64,000 nucleotides of DNA, taken from positions 1,888,001-1,952,000 of the forward strand of contig OZ220480.1 of NCBI GenBank assembly GCA_965116025.1. The letters run 5' to 3'. This document shows, in pieces, positions 34,671-49,204 of this stretch. This stretch comes from an uncultured candidatus Porisulfidus sp. Lineage in GTDB: Bacteria > Pseudomonadota > Gammaproteobacteria > Poriferisulfidales > Poriferisulfidaceae. The position numbers and the translations under genes are program-made. A model generated the notes under the pieces. The model had not been told where the DNA came from. It saw only the letters and a list, made by a program, of their open reading frames with translations, and searched no databases. How positions within the stretch are numbered: the stretch's first letter is position 1; the number at the start of each line of letters is the position of its first letter.

Positions 34671-36125
34671 TCAGAATTCGGCCGCGAGCTGGACCGTGAT
34701 GGTGTCGGCGTTCTCGTCGGTGCCCACGAAACCGCATTCGGTTTCCGTGTCGTCACTGTTATAGGAGCAATTCGCCGACTCATCGGTGTCGTAGTCCTCG
34801 TCATGCGCCCACTCGACGCCGAGGGCAACCCCTTCCGCCAGCTCGATCGACCCGGCAAGCATGAAACGAGTCTTCGGTAGCTCCAGCCCCACCGCGTCGT
34901 CGGTGCCCTGCATGCCGATCGCGAGGTTGGCCGCGCGCGTTCCGATCATGAAATCGTAGCCCGCCTCAATCATCCAACTAGATGGCTTGGCGCCACGGTT
35001 TTGGTACTCCATCTCCTCATCCGCGTTTGTGACCAGAGAGCCGCCGTACGATAGCGCGTCCGCCTGAAAGCGCTCGGTCGCGGCCAGATACTCGGCCATC
35101 AGCGCGACGTCTCCGTAGCGGAAGCGAGCGCTGGCGGCGATGCCAGAAACCTTGTCGGCGTAGGTGGCCGGAACATCATCCTCGGAAAGCGCAACCACTT
35201 CCTCGGCGATCTTCTCAATGCAGTCCAGCACGTCTTGGTTCGTGCTTGGCGATTCGGCCAAGCATGTGCGATCAACCGCGTCGCTCACCGTCGCCAAGCC
35301 CGCGGCCACCAAGTTTCCGCTCACGGCATCCTGCAGAGCATCCGTATCGCCAATATCGTCGACGTAGGCCACGTCCAGCCCAAACTCCGTGCCGTCGCCT
35401 TCCATCGCGTAGCCGAGCGCGACCCCCAGGTTATCGAGCCGGTTGTCACCATCCTCGCTGTTCTCTCCGTTGTAGAGGAACGCCGATCCATACAGATTCT
35501 CGCCCTCAACGCTCAGCATGAACGTCGTGTCCCGAGTCTCTCCGAGCTCCAGCGTCAGCGAATCCGAGATCATGTTGCTCTCGAACACCCCGAACGGAAG
35601 ATACGTTCTCCCCCCGGTGATGGCCCAAGGACCGTCCGGCGGCGCGATGGTCAGGGTCGCGATATCGACATCGATGTTGTCATCGTTCTCGTCTTCCTCG
35701 AACAGGAGGACAATCTCGCCGCTCACCCAATCGTGCATTCGCGCGGCCACGCCCAGCTCGACCGTCGCCACGACCGCGTCCGACTCGCTGTCGCCCTCGT
35801 AGGGGTCCTCGTAGCCCCCCTCCACCTCGATGAGGCCGGTGATCTCGACGCTATCGGACCAGTGGGCGCCTTCCTCGGCATGCGAGGCGGCGGCCGCTTC
35901 AGCCGCCTGCGCGGTCTCTTCCACCCGCGCGCCCAACTTGTGGATCAGGCGATCTTTCTCGACGATCACCTTGTTCTGATCGACGACGCGCTGCTCCAAG
36001 CGCTGAATTCTCCGCTCCAGGTCGGCGAGCCGCTCGGCTACCGACTTGCCGTGTCCATCCGCGAAAGCGGGCGCGTGGCAGATCAACGCGACGAGGCTCG
36101 TCACGGTCAAGAATTTCCGGTTCAT
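34671..36125 (-). CDS. LbtU-like outer-membrane porin with an N-terminal coiled coil
   Basis: Signal peptide, coiled coil, ITGLIEVE, YLPFGVF..MISDSLTLELGET, C-terminal QLAAEF. Confidence 0.7.
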   Translation of the reverse strand: MNRKFLTVTSLVALICHAPAFADGHGKSVAERLADLERRIQRLEQRVVDQNKVIVEKDRLIHKLGARVEETAQAAEAAAASHAEEGAHWSDSVEITGLIEVEGGYEDPYEGDSESDAVVATVELGVAARMHDWVSGEIVLLFEEDENDDNIDVDIATLTIAPPDGPWAITGGRTYLPFGVFESNMISDSLTLELGETRDTTFMLSVEGENLYGSAFLYNGENSEDGDNRLDNLGVALGYAMEGDGTEFGLDVAYVDDIGDTDALQDAVSGNLVAAGLATVSDAVDRTCLAESPSTNQDVLDCIEKIAEEVVALSEDDVPATYADKVSGIAASARFRYGDVALMAEYLAATERFQADALSYGGSLVTNADEEMEYQNRGAKPSSWMIEAGYDFMIGTRAANLAIGMQGTDDAVGLELPKTRFMLAGSIELAEGVALGVEWAHDEDYDTDESANCSYNSDDTETECGFVGTDENADTITVQLAAEF

Positions 36126-36202
36126 TCGTTCTCTCCTTTCGAAAAAGTCTGTTGGTGGTGGGATCCGTCCGGCCCGCGCGGCGCGGGCCTTCCAGAATCC
36201 AC

Positions 36203-36235
36203 ATTATATCCGATGTTGTAACAATATAACGTTTC
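36203..36235 (-). promoter_or_regulatory. Putative Zur box (36213-36235) next to a TATAAT -10 (36203-36208), upstream of the porin
   Basis: Minus strand GAAACGTTATA-T-TGTTACAACAT versus the Zur consensus GAAATGTTATA-N-TATAACATTTC; left arm 10/11, right arm partial. Confidence 0.5.
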
Positions 36236-36445
36236 TCCCTTGGCCGGAAGGTCCGCGGACGACTCCCCGGTCCAAGCGTGAACGCGCCAAAAACTACGCC
36301 GCGACGAGCGACCGGCCTGATCCCGGTCTTCCACTGGCGCATGCTGCTCCGCGAGCTTCTCCTTTCGGGCGCGGGGCGCGCTCGCTGGCGCGGAACGCAG
36401 ACTCAGGACGTTCCCAGTGGAGAGAGAAAATGTAATACTAATAGT

Positions 36446-36486
36446 CATAATGAGAATCATTATCACTCTAAATTTGATTTTGTCAA
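36446..36486. promoter_or_regulatory. Fur box (36446-36464) overlapping a minus-strand sigma70 promoter
   Basis: CATAATGAGAATCATTATC matches GATAATGATAATCATTATC at 17/19; the minus strand reads TTGACA-16 nt-GATAAT. Confidence 0.85.
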
Positions 36487-36513
36487 GCCTTTCTCGCGGG
36501 AGATAATACGCTC

Positions 36514-38031
36514 ATGCCATGCGCTTTCCTCTCACGCCAGCCCGGAGCGAGCGTCCCCCTCGCGTTGGCGACCGCCTGCGTTTTCATGGCGCTTCCTCTT
36601 CCCGCGGCGGAACCCGCGCGGGACCAAGCCCGCGTCGATCGCGTCACGGGACCAACTGACGACTTCACCCGCCCCGAAGCCTACGAGCTCCGGCCTGGGG
36701 GAGCCGCGACGAGTTTCAAGATTCCCAATCGCGACGCCTTCTCCCACCCCTCCGCCAACATGCCGCCCGCGCGCCAACTCGAGTTTCACGTCGGCGACGG
36801 CATTTTCCGGAAGCTTTGGGTTTCCTCGCCCAGCTCGACCGTCTCCTCGGACGGTCTCGGCCCCCTGTTCAACGCGCGCTCTTGCCAACGTTGCCACCTC
36901 AAGGACGGCCGGGGCCGTCCGCCCATCGCGGGCGAGCGCCCCGAATCTTTTCTGCTCCACCTCTCGGTCCCGCCGCGCGACGAGAAAGAGCGAACCGCGA
37001 TCCAAAACCATCGGCTGGCGAGCGTTCCAGAGCCCGCCTACGGCGACCAGCTCCAGAACTACTCGGTCCAGGCGGTCCCCGCCGAAGGCGAGGCGACGAT
37101 CTCCTACCGCGAAATCCCGACGCCCTTGGCCGACGGAGAGATGGCGAGCCTGCGCGCCCCAATCTACGGCATTGAGAGCCTCCGTTATGGCCCCCTCCAC
37201 CCCGACACGATGATATCGCCCCGGGTCGCCCCGCCCGTCATCGGCATGGGCTTGCTGGAAGCCATTCCGGAAGCCGATATCCTGGCCGGCGCCGACCCGG
37301 ACGACCGCGATGGCGACGGCATCTCGGGGCGGGCGCGCTGGGTGTGGAACGACGAGCGTGGAAAGAAGGCGCTGGGCCGCTTCGGGTGGAAAGCCGGACA
37401 GCCCACCGTCGCGCAGCAAGCGGCGGTCGCCCTGCGCAAGGACATCGGCATCTCCTCCCCGCTCTATCCCGCTCCATATGGCGACTGCTCCCCGAAGCAG
37501 GAGAAATGCCTTCACGCGCGCCATGGCGCGCCCGATCCAGAATCCGCCGAAATCAGCCAGAAGCTGCTCGACCTCCTGGTTTTCTACAATCGCAACCTGG
37601 CCGTCCCGGCGCGGCGCCGCGTAGCCGACCCCCAGACGCTGGAAGGAAAGCGTCTGTTCTACGAAGCCAACTGCGTCGGTTGTCACCGACCCAAGTTCGT
37701 GACCCGAAGGGACTCCATCGGGGAGGAGCAGTCCTTCCAGCTGATCTGGCCCTATACCGACCTGTTGCTGCACGACATGGGCGAGGGGCTGGCGGACGAC
37801 CGACCGGAGGGCGGCGCCTCTGGACGCGAATGGAGGACCCCGCCGCTATGGGGCGTCGGCCTGACCAAAACGGTCAGCGGACACACGCTGTTCCTGCACG
37901 ACGGTCGGGCCCGGAACCTGCTTGAGGCCATTCTCTGGCACGGCGGCGAGGCCGAGGCCGCGAAACGGCGCGTCGTCGCCATGACGAGGGAAGAGCGCGC
38001 CGCCCTGCTCGCCTTCCTGAACTCGCTGTAG
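36514..38031 (+). CDS. Di-heme oxidoreductase (DHOR family)
   Basis: DGLGPLFNARSCQRCH, GRFGWKA, CVGCH, YTDLLLHDMG, WRTPPLWG, LHDGRAR. Confidence 0.92.
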   Translation: MPCAFLSRQPGASVPLALATACVFMALPLPAAEPARDQARVDRVTGPTDDFTRPEAYELRPGGAATSFKIPNRDAFSHPSANMPPARQLEFHVGDGIFRKLWVSSPSSTVSSDGLGPLFNARSCQRCHLKDGRGRPPIAGERPESFLLHLSVPPRDEKERTAIQNHRLASVPEPAYGDQLQNYSVQAVPAEGEATISYREIPTPLADGEMASLRAPIYGIESLRYGPLHPDTMISPRVAPPVIGMGLLEAIPEADILAGADPDDRDGDGISGRARWVWNDERGKKALGRFGWKAGQPTVAQQAAVALRKDIGISSPLYPAPYGDCSPKQEKCLHARHGAPDPESAEISQKLLDLLVFYNRNLAVPARRRVADPQTLEGKRLFYEANCVGCHRPKFVTRRDSIGEEQSFQLIWPYTDLLLHDMGEGLADDRPEGGASGREWRTPPLWGVGLTKTVSGHTLFLHDGRARNLLEAILWHGGEAEAAKRRVVAMTREERAALLAFLNSL

Positions 38032-38139
38032 CGGCGGGGCGAAAACCCTCCTTAAATTCGGCGACATCCTCGCGCGCTCCGACGCGATGGTCCTCAGCGT
38101 CCGCGACGGAAACGCGGTTCGGGATCTCCCGCCACCCAG

Positions 38140-42696
<4,557 letters not shown>

Positions 42697-42700
<4 letters not shown>

Positions 42701-42894
42701 GCCAGCCATCGCGTGACATACAGCAGCAGCACGCCCAAAGTGACCGCGATCAGTCCCATCATCCGGAACTGCGGGGTCGGAAGCTGGACCATCCGCATCA
42801 TCATGCGGCGCGCGAGATCCGGGTTCAGGAGAGCGACGAGGCCCTCCAGCATGAGCACCAACGCGATGGCCGCCAGTACGAATTCCCACTGCAT
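42697..42894 (-). CDS. DUF2065 (YjeT-like) membrane protein
   Basis: AIALVLMLEGL; conserved position after hflC. Confidence 0.85.
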
Positions 42895-42909
42895 GGCGGG
42901 GAAGCGGCG

Positions 42910-43770
42910 TTACTTCTTGAGCTGCTTGAAGTATTGAAAGAACTCCGAGTCCGGCTCCACGACCAGCACGTCGCCCTTGTCTCGGAACGTATTGATATAG
43001 GCGCTCAGGCTGCGGGTGAACGCGAAGAACTCGGGATCCTGATTGTAGGCCTCGGCGTAGATCTCGGTCGAGCGGGCGTCGCCCTCGCCCCGGATCTTCT
43101 CGGCGTCGCGATACGCCTCAGCCTGAATGACGGTCCGCTGACGATCAGCGTCGGCGCGGATGCGCTCGGCCGTCTCTTGCCCGCGGGCGCGGAAGTCCTT
43201 GGCGGTGCGGCTGCGCTCCGCCCGCATTCTTCGGTAGACCGAGTCGCTGACCTCGTCCGGCAACTCGATGCGACTGATGCGAACGTCCACCACCTCGATG
43301 CCCAAGTCGCGCGCCAGCCGATTGGACTGCACCTGCAACACGTTCATGATCTCGTGGCGCTCGCCCGAGATCGCCTCCTGAATGGTGCGCACGCCGAACT
43401 GGTTCTTGAGGCCATCCTTGACGATCTGAGTCAGCCGCCCCTCCGCGCGGGCTCGGTCGCCCTGGGTGGCGCGGAAGTACTCGCTGACGTTCTTGATGCG
43501 CCATTTGACGAAGAAATCGACCGACACGTTCTTCTTCTCGCTGGTCAGGAACAGCTCCGGCTTGGAGTCCAGCGACAGCACCCGGGCATCGAACCTCTGC
43601 GCGTTGTTGACGAACGGCATCTGGAAGTGCAGGCCAGGCTCCAGACCCGCTCGGCGGATCTCGCCCAGCTGGAACACGATCGCCGTCTCGGTCTGACGCA
43701 CATAGAAGGTGCAAGCCCATACCAGGACCGCCACGATTCCGGCCGCGATCAGGCGCGCCTGCATGCTCAT
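42910..43770 (-). CDS. hflC: FtsH modulator HflC
   Basis: SPFH domain, RMRAER, PDSEFF. Confidence 0.96.
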   Translation of the reverse strand: MSMQARLIAAGIVAVLVWACTFYVRQTETAIVFQLGEIRRAGLEPGLHFQMPFVNNAQRFDARVLSLDSKPELFLTSEKKNVSVDFFVKWRIKNVSEYFRATQGDRARAEGRLTQIVKDGLKNQFGVRTIQEAISGERHEIMNVLQVQSNRLARDLGIEVVDVRISRIELPDEVSDSVYRRMRAERSRTAKDFRARGQETAERIRADADRQRTVIQAEAYRDAEKIRGEGDARSTEIYAEAYNQDPEFFAFTRSLSAYINTFRDKGDVLVVEPDSEFFQYFKQLKK

Positions 43771-43771
43771 G

Positions 43772-44911
43772 TCAACGTCCCTCCCTCAAACGCGGGAGGA
43801 TTCCGGAGCTCGTCGAGCCGCCTCCCCTCTCCCCGGTGGAGGACCCCGGCTCACGCACCGGAGCCTCGCGTCGATCCAGAATGCGGTCCAGCGGCAGGAA
43901 CAGCATGTTGCTTCCCTTGTCCACGTCGACCACCACCTTGGAAGAGTTGGACAACACCGACTCCACCGCCGTGAGGTACATGCGCTGGCGGGTCACCTCT
44001 GGAGCCTTGCGGTACTCGGTGAGCAGCTGGGTGAAGCGGGAGGCCTCGCCCTCGGCGTTCGCGATCACCTGCGAGCGGTAGGCCTTCGCGTCTTCCAGCA
44101 TCCGCGCCGCCTCGCCGCGCGCCTGCGGAAGAACCTCGTTGGCGTACGCCTGCGCCTCATTCTTGTACCGCTCCATGTCCTCGCGCGCCTTGGTCGCGTC
44201 CTGGAAGGCGTCCTGCACCGCGTTCGGCGGCTGCGAATCTTCCAGGTTCACCGTCAGAATCTCGATGCCGGTGCCGTAGTCATCAAGGATTTCCTGCATC
44301 AGGGTCATGGTCCGGCTTCCGATCTCCGCGCGACCCTCGCGCAGGATGTAGTCCATGTTGTTACGCCCCACCACGGTGCGGATCGCGCTGTCGAGCACCC
44401 CGCAAATCGTGCTCTTGAAGCGACACGCCCGGTCGAACTCGATATCCGGGTTCTCAACGTTGAACAGGTAGTCCTCGGCGTTCTTGAGCCGGTACTGCAC
44501 CGAGAACTTGAGCTCGACGATGTTCTCGTCCTGGGTCAGCATGGTGGTGCGCTTCTCCACGCTCCGGTTCCCGGTCACGTTGACCACCTCCACGTTCTCG
44601 ATCGGATATGGGATATGCCAGCCCGGCCCCGGCATGGTGGTGCGCTCGTGCTTGCCGAAGCGGAGCACGACGCCCCGCTCGCTGGCCTCGACGATGTAGA
44701 AGCCGGACAGCAACCACAGGATCAGCAGCACCAGCAGGATGCCGCCGGCGCCGACCGACCATTTGCGGCCCCCGCCCTCGCCGCCACCGCCCGCCTTGCC
44801 AGCCAACCCGAACAGGCGTCGGAACAGCTTTCCGAACAGGTCATCCAAGTCCGGCGGCCCCTGACGCGCGTTGCGCTGCCACGGGTTCCCGCCATTGTCT
44901 TTCCAAGCCAT
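43772..44911 (-). CDS. hflK: FtsH modulator HflK
   Basis: MAW..NPW..GPPDLD, MLTQDENIV, APEVTRQRMYL. Confidence 0.96.
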   Translation of the reverse strand: MAWKDNGGNPWQRNARQGPPDLDDLFGKLFRRLFGLAGKAGGGGEGGGRKWSVGAGGILLVLLILWLLSGFYIVEASERGVVLRFGKHERTTMPGPGWHIPYPIENVEVVNVTGNRSVEKRTTMLTQDENIVELKFSVQYRLKNAEDYLFNVENPDIEFDRACRFKSTICGVLDSAIRTVVGRNNMDYILREGRAEIGSRTMTLMQEILDDYGTGIEILTVNLEDSQPPNAVQDAFQDATKAREDMERYKNEAQAYANEVLPQARGEAARMLEDAKAYRSQVIANAEGEASRFTQLLTEYRKAPEVTRQRMYLTAVESVLSNSSKVVVDVDKGSNMLFLPLDRILDRREAPVREPGSSTGERGGGSTSSGILPRLREGR

Positions 44912-45031
44912 GAAGGTTCCGAATGAGGACATGGCTGGCTATTCTAGCAAAGGCGGAATCTCCCATGGAGACCGCGTGGCCCTTCCTTGCCGAGAACGAG
45001 AGTGGAGATGGCTCCTGGGGAGGAGGGACGA

Positions 45032-46624
45032 CTACGAGCGCGGCATGGACGGAAATAAGCCAGCCTGCCGTTCCCCGCGGGACCGCGCCGCCTCTGGCAA
45101 AAGTTCGGTGATCGCCTTCGCCGAAACGTTTCCCAGTTCCCTCGGCTCCAGCTTGCGCAACCCACCGCCATACACGCGACCCTCGTCCAGCAAGGCCCGT
45201 GGGTGGATCCGATTCAGGAAATCCCAGATCTGCCGCGTCAGTTCCGGCCGTCCTCGCAAAGCGCGCCGGATCGGCTCCTTCGGATACAGCATCAGGTACA
45301 CGTTCGCGGCCGTCGCCCTTGAATGGTTCAATATGAACCGAAAGGGCCGGCCGGACTTCTTGTCGCCGCGACCCAGATACGTGCAGACGATCGGAGCCGG
45401 CGGGCGATCTTCCTGCGCGTACCATCGCGCGCGACGCCGGCAAAGATAACCGTCGGCGACGCCGTTCGCCTTCCCCTCCCTCAAATAAATCCACAAATTC
45501 GGGTAACGCTCCCGGATCTCTCCCTCCGCCCATGGAGGATCGAGCAGAAACAGGCGGCGCTCAAGCACGGGATTTCCATCTCGATCTCCCATGACCTCGT
45601 CGACCGGCACATGCCGAGGACTCGGGAGGATCGGCCGAAACGCGGCCATCGGCAACTCGCGGCGCTCGATTTCCCGATCCGACAAGATAAAGTATCCGTT
45701 TCCGCCCGTGACCAGCCCTCTCTTGATCTGAAAGAAGTCTCCAAGCACCGGCCCGCCGACCGCCTCACGTCGCTCCCCCATCGGATAGCGCGTCCACTTC
45801 GATTCTTGGCGCAACCACTCCGTTGGAATTCTTCGATCCACCTTCGCCCGCTCCAACGTTCCCCCATAAGAGAATCGAGTCTCGTATCTCGCTCGCGGAC
45901 ATTCCTTGCGGAACCAAACCATGGCCGACGACACCAACGCGTCATCGAATTGCGCGTCTTTCGGATCAAAGCGATGAATATGAAGGAGCGTGACTCTGTC
46001 AAGCAAATACCGCTTCAGCGGAGCGCCGTAATTCACGTCCATGAATTCGCTCGGAATCAACCAACCCGCCAGCCCGCCATCAGCCATCCACGCATGACTC
46101 AAGGCCAGAAAATAGCAATACAGCCCGGCCAGCCCACCAACCCGCGCGCCGCGAGCCTCCCGCGCGCGTCCTCAACCGGTGTTTCTCGAACGATGGAATA
46201 TGGTGATGCCGCACATAGGGCGGATTGCATATCAATAAGTTGAATCTCCCGATGACATCCGGCGCCTCGGCTTTCGTGAAATCCTCCAAACGAACTTCCA
46301 GCCCCATTCCGCTCCAGAGGCGCGCTGCCGGCTCACCGTAACGCGAGTCGATCTCATACCCTACGGCGGCATCGACGCGTGAGCGCGGAAAGACGTTCAG
46401 CAACGCCGAATAGAACGCTCCCGTTCCAACCGCCGGGTCCAAGAAACGCGTCCTCTCGTCCTTTTTCCGAGGCGCGCTTTCGCGTAACGCAACATTGCGA
46501 CCGCCAAAGCTGTCGGAGTCGCGAATTGCCCCATCCGATTTCGCGCGCCCGAATCTTTTTGGGCATCAAGCCCCCGTTGCAGATCAATTCGCTCCGCTTC
46601 CAGTTCCGCGACATCTCTCCTCAT
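45032..46624 (-). pseudogene. Gamma-class N6-adenine DNA methyltransferase (XhoI/PaeR7I/Eco57I-like), two frameshifts
   Basis: GQFATP (46397-46624), FLDPAVGTG and CNPPYVRHH (46080-46442), and LIPSEFMDVNYG plus TRD (45032-46102) lie in successive ORFs in shifted frames. Confidence 0.85.
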
Positions 46625-46666
46625 CGCCTCTGACTCGTCGAAATCCAGAGCGCGGGAAAAACGCGA

Positions 46667-47935
46667 TCAGGACGCGGGCCAAGACGAGACCCGAAATCTC
46701 TCGACCCGCGAGAGATGCGGCGATGGCAACCATAAACGCATCTCGCACTCTCCCTGTTCCGTGAACGTCTCTTCCTCCACCCGCCCAACCCGATACAGCT
46801 CCGCCCGCAACGGGTAGGCCGAGGCTGGAAGGCGGAGACGTATCTCGGATTCCTCCGCCTGAATCTCCCGTAGCAAACGCGCGCGCAAAGATTCCACGCC
46901 CTCGCCCGTGCGCGCCGACACCCACGCGCGTCCAGACGCGCTCGCGGCCCGAACGTCCGGGGCAAGCAAATCGACTTTATTGTGAACCTCGATCAACGGA
47001 ACCTGGTCCGCGCCGATTCGCGCCAGAACCTCTCGCACCCGTGCCGCGCGCTCCATGCATCTCTCATCGCCACGATCAATCACATGCAATAGAAAATCGC
47101 ACTCGAGCAACTCTTCAAGCGTCGAGTGGAACGCGCGCACCAACTCCACTGGAAGATCTCGAACGAACCCCACCGTGTCGGTCAGCACCGCTTCTCTTCC
47201 CTGGCCCAATCGCAGGCGCCGGTGCGTCGGATCCAGCGTCGCGAACAACTGATCCTCGGCCATCACCTCGGCATCGGTCAAGCGATTGAACAGCGTGGAC
47301 TTGCCAGCATTGGTGTAACCAACTAAGGCCACGTGAAACAGTCTCGCGCGGCGTCGGCGAGCCCGACTCTGCCCACGTTGCCGCTCCACCAGCGCCAAAC
47401 GTCGCCGCAAGGCATCGATTCGCCTCGTCAGCAGCCGGCGATCCAATTCCAACTGGGTCTCGCCCGGCCCGCGCAGGCCAATGCCGCCTTTCTGTCGTTC
47501 CAAGTGGCTCCAGCCCCGCACCAGCCGGGTCGACAGATAATTCAACTGCGCGAGTTCGACCTGCAACTTTCCCTCGTGCGATCGGGCGCGTTGCGCGAAG
47601 ATGTCCAGGATCAGTCCGGTGCGACCCAGCACCCTGCACTCCAGTGCCGCCTCAAGGTTGCGCTCCTGGCTTGGACTCAGGTCAACGTTGACGACCACCA
47701 ACCGGACATGGTGGTTCGCGCGGATCTGCCGAAGCCGCTCGGCCTGCCCTCGGCCAATATAGAAACGGGGATGCGGGGCGCGACGATGGAGGTCGATATC
47801 CGCTCTCGGGGCCAGCCCGGCGCTGACCGCCAGCTCGGCGAACTCCTCTCGATCCGGGTCTTCCTTCCGAGCGCCCGCGCCAACCGTCACGCGCGCCAGC
47901 ACGCACCCGGATTCGGCGGATGCCCGCTCAAACAA
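46667..47935 (-). CDS. hflX: Ribosome-splitting GTPase HflX
   Basis: RGPGETQLE, GYTNAGKSTL, FATLD, DTVGF, NKVD. Confidence 0.97.
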   Translation of the reverse strand: MFERASAESGCVLARVTVGAGARKEDPDREEFAELAVSAGLAPRADIDLHRRAPHPRFYIGRGQAERLRQIRANHHVRLVVVNVDLSPSQERNLEAALECRVLGRTGLILDIFAQRARSHEGKLQVELAQLNYLSTRLVRGWSHLERQKGGIGLRGPGETQLELDRRLLTRRIDALRRRLALVERQRGQSRARRRRARLFHVALVGYTNAGKSTLFNRLTDAEVMAEDQLFATLDPTHRRLRLGQGREAVLTDTVGFVRDLPVELVRAFHSTLEELLECDFLLHVIDRGDERCMERAARVREVLARIGADQVPLIEVHNKVDLLAPDVRAASASGRAWVSARTGEGVESLRARLLREIQAEESEIRLRLPASAYPLRAELYRVGRVEEETFTEQGECEMRLWLPSPHLSRVERFRVSSWPAS

Positions 47936-47955
47936 GCGGACCCCCCCAGACGCGC

Positions 47956-48207
47956 CTAATCGGCCAGCTCCTCGCCCGCTGGCGGCTCCACCCGCTCCAG
48001 CTTCACCGGACGCGTCGGAACGATCGTGGAAATCGCGTGCTTGTAGACCATCTGATTAACGGAGTTCTGGAGCACCACGACGAACTGATCAAACGAGTGC
48101 ACCCGGCCCTGCAACTGGATCCCGTTGACCAAGTATATGGAGACGGGGATATGGTCTTTTCGCAACTGGTTGAGGAATGGTTCCTGTATGGTTTGTCCTT
48201 TGGCCAT
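47956..48207 (-). CDS. hfq: RNA chaperone Hfq
   Basis: QEPFLN, YLVNGI, YKHAIST. Confidence 0.98.
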   Translation of the reverse strand: MAKGQTIQEPFLNQLRKDHIPVSIYLVNGIQLQGRVHSFDQFVVVLQNSVNQMVYKHAISTIVPTRPVKLERVEPPAGEELAD

Positions 48208-48238
48208 CAACCCACCCGCGACGGAAGTCTGATTTTTC

Positions 48239-49204
48239 TTATTGGCATGATCCGGCTCCGAGCCGATTCGAGGACCACCAGCGAGCGACCGCCTCCATGG
48301 CTTCATCCGACCTCGCGCAGTCAGTTGTGCAGTGTATCACGCCCGGCGCATGCCGCAACCAACTCAATTGCCGCTTCGCCAGTTGCCGGGTCGCCGCCAC
48401 CGCCCGCTCGCGCATCCCCTCCCGGTCGCAATCCCCATCCAAATACCGCCACACTTGCCGATAGCCGACGCAGCGCATGGCCGGGCGATCCAAGTCCAAA
48501 TCCCTCCGCGCGCGCAGCCGGCGCACCTCCTCGACCAGCCCCTCCTCAAGCATGCGATCAAAACGCTCCCCGATCCGCCCATGCAAACGCGCGCGGTCCT
48601 TTGGCCAAAGCGCCAATTGACAATAATCTTCACGCCCGGGCATCGCCGGCGCCCGCGCGGTCCATGCGCTAAGAGGCCGACCACTCGACTCGAACACCTC
48701 CAGCGCGCGGGTAACGCGCTGGCCATCTCCTGGCTGGAGCCGTCGCGCCGTCTCTGGATCGCACTGGGACAGGCGCTCATGCAACGCTGGAGCGCCCCGT
48801 TCCTCCAATTCCTGGCGCAGGCGCCAGCGCACTCCCGCGTCCGCGTCCGGGATGCGCGAAAGTCCTCGCGTCAGGGCGAGAAAGTACAGACGCGCGCCTC
48901 CAACCAGCAGCGGGACGCGCCCGACCGCGTGAATCTCCTCTATGTGTCGACGCGCTTGCCGAGCGTATTCGTAGGCGGAAAACGATTCCGCGGGATCCAG
49001 AATGTCGATCATGCGATGCGGCGCGACGGCCAGAACCTCCGGACTCGGCTTGGCGCTGCCGATATTCATGCCGCGATAGATCATGGCGGAATCCACGCTG
49101 ACGATCTCGAACGGCCAGCGGCGGACCAGTTCCACCGCGCAGTCGGTCTTGCCCGAGGCGGTCGGCCCCATCAAGGCCAGCACCGCGATTCGGCGTTCGC
49201 TCAC
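48239..49204 (-). CDS. miaA: tRNA dimethylallyltransferase
   Basis: [34 protein letters not shown]. Confidence 0.97.
   Translation of the reverse strand: MSERRIAVLALMGPTASGKTDCAVELVRRWPFEIVSVDSAMIYRGMNIGSAKPSPEVLAVAPHRMIDILDPAESFSAYEYARQARRHIEEIHAVGRVPLLVGGARLYFLALTRGLSRIPDADAGVRWRLRQELEERGAPALHERLSQCDPETARRLQPGDGQRVTRALEVFESSGRPLSAWTARAPAMPGREDYCQLALWPKDRARLHGRIGERFDRMLEEGLVEEVRRLRARRDLDLDRPAMRCVGYRQVWRYLDGDCDREGMRERAVAATRQLAKRQLSWLRHAPGVIHCTTDCARSDEAMEAVARWWSSNRLGAGSCQ

Noticed and set aside
36330-36421. CCACTGGGAA resembles part of a cobalamin riboswitch
   Set aside because: The other B12-box elements are not present in order; kept only as an unclassified structured RNA candidate.
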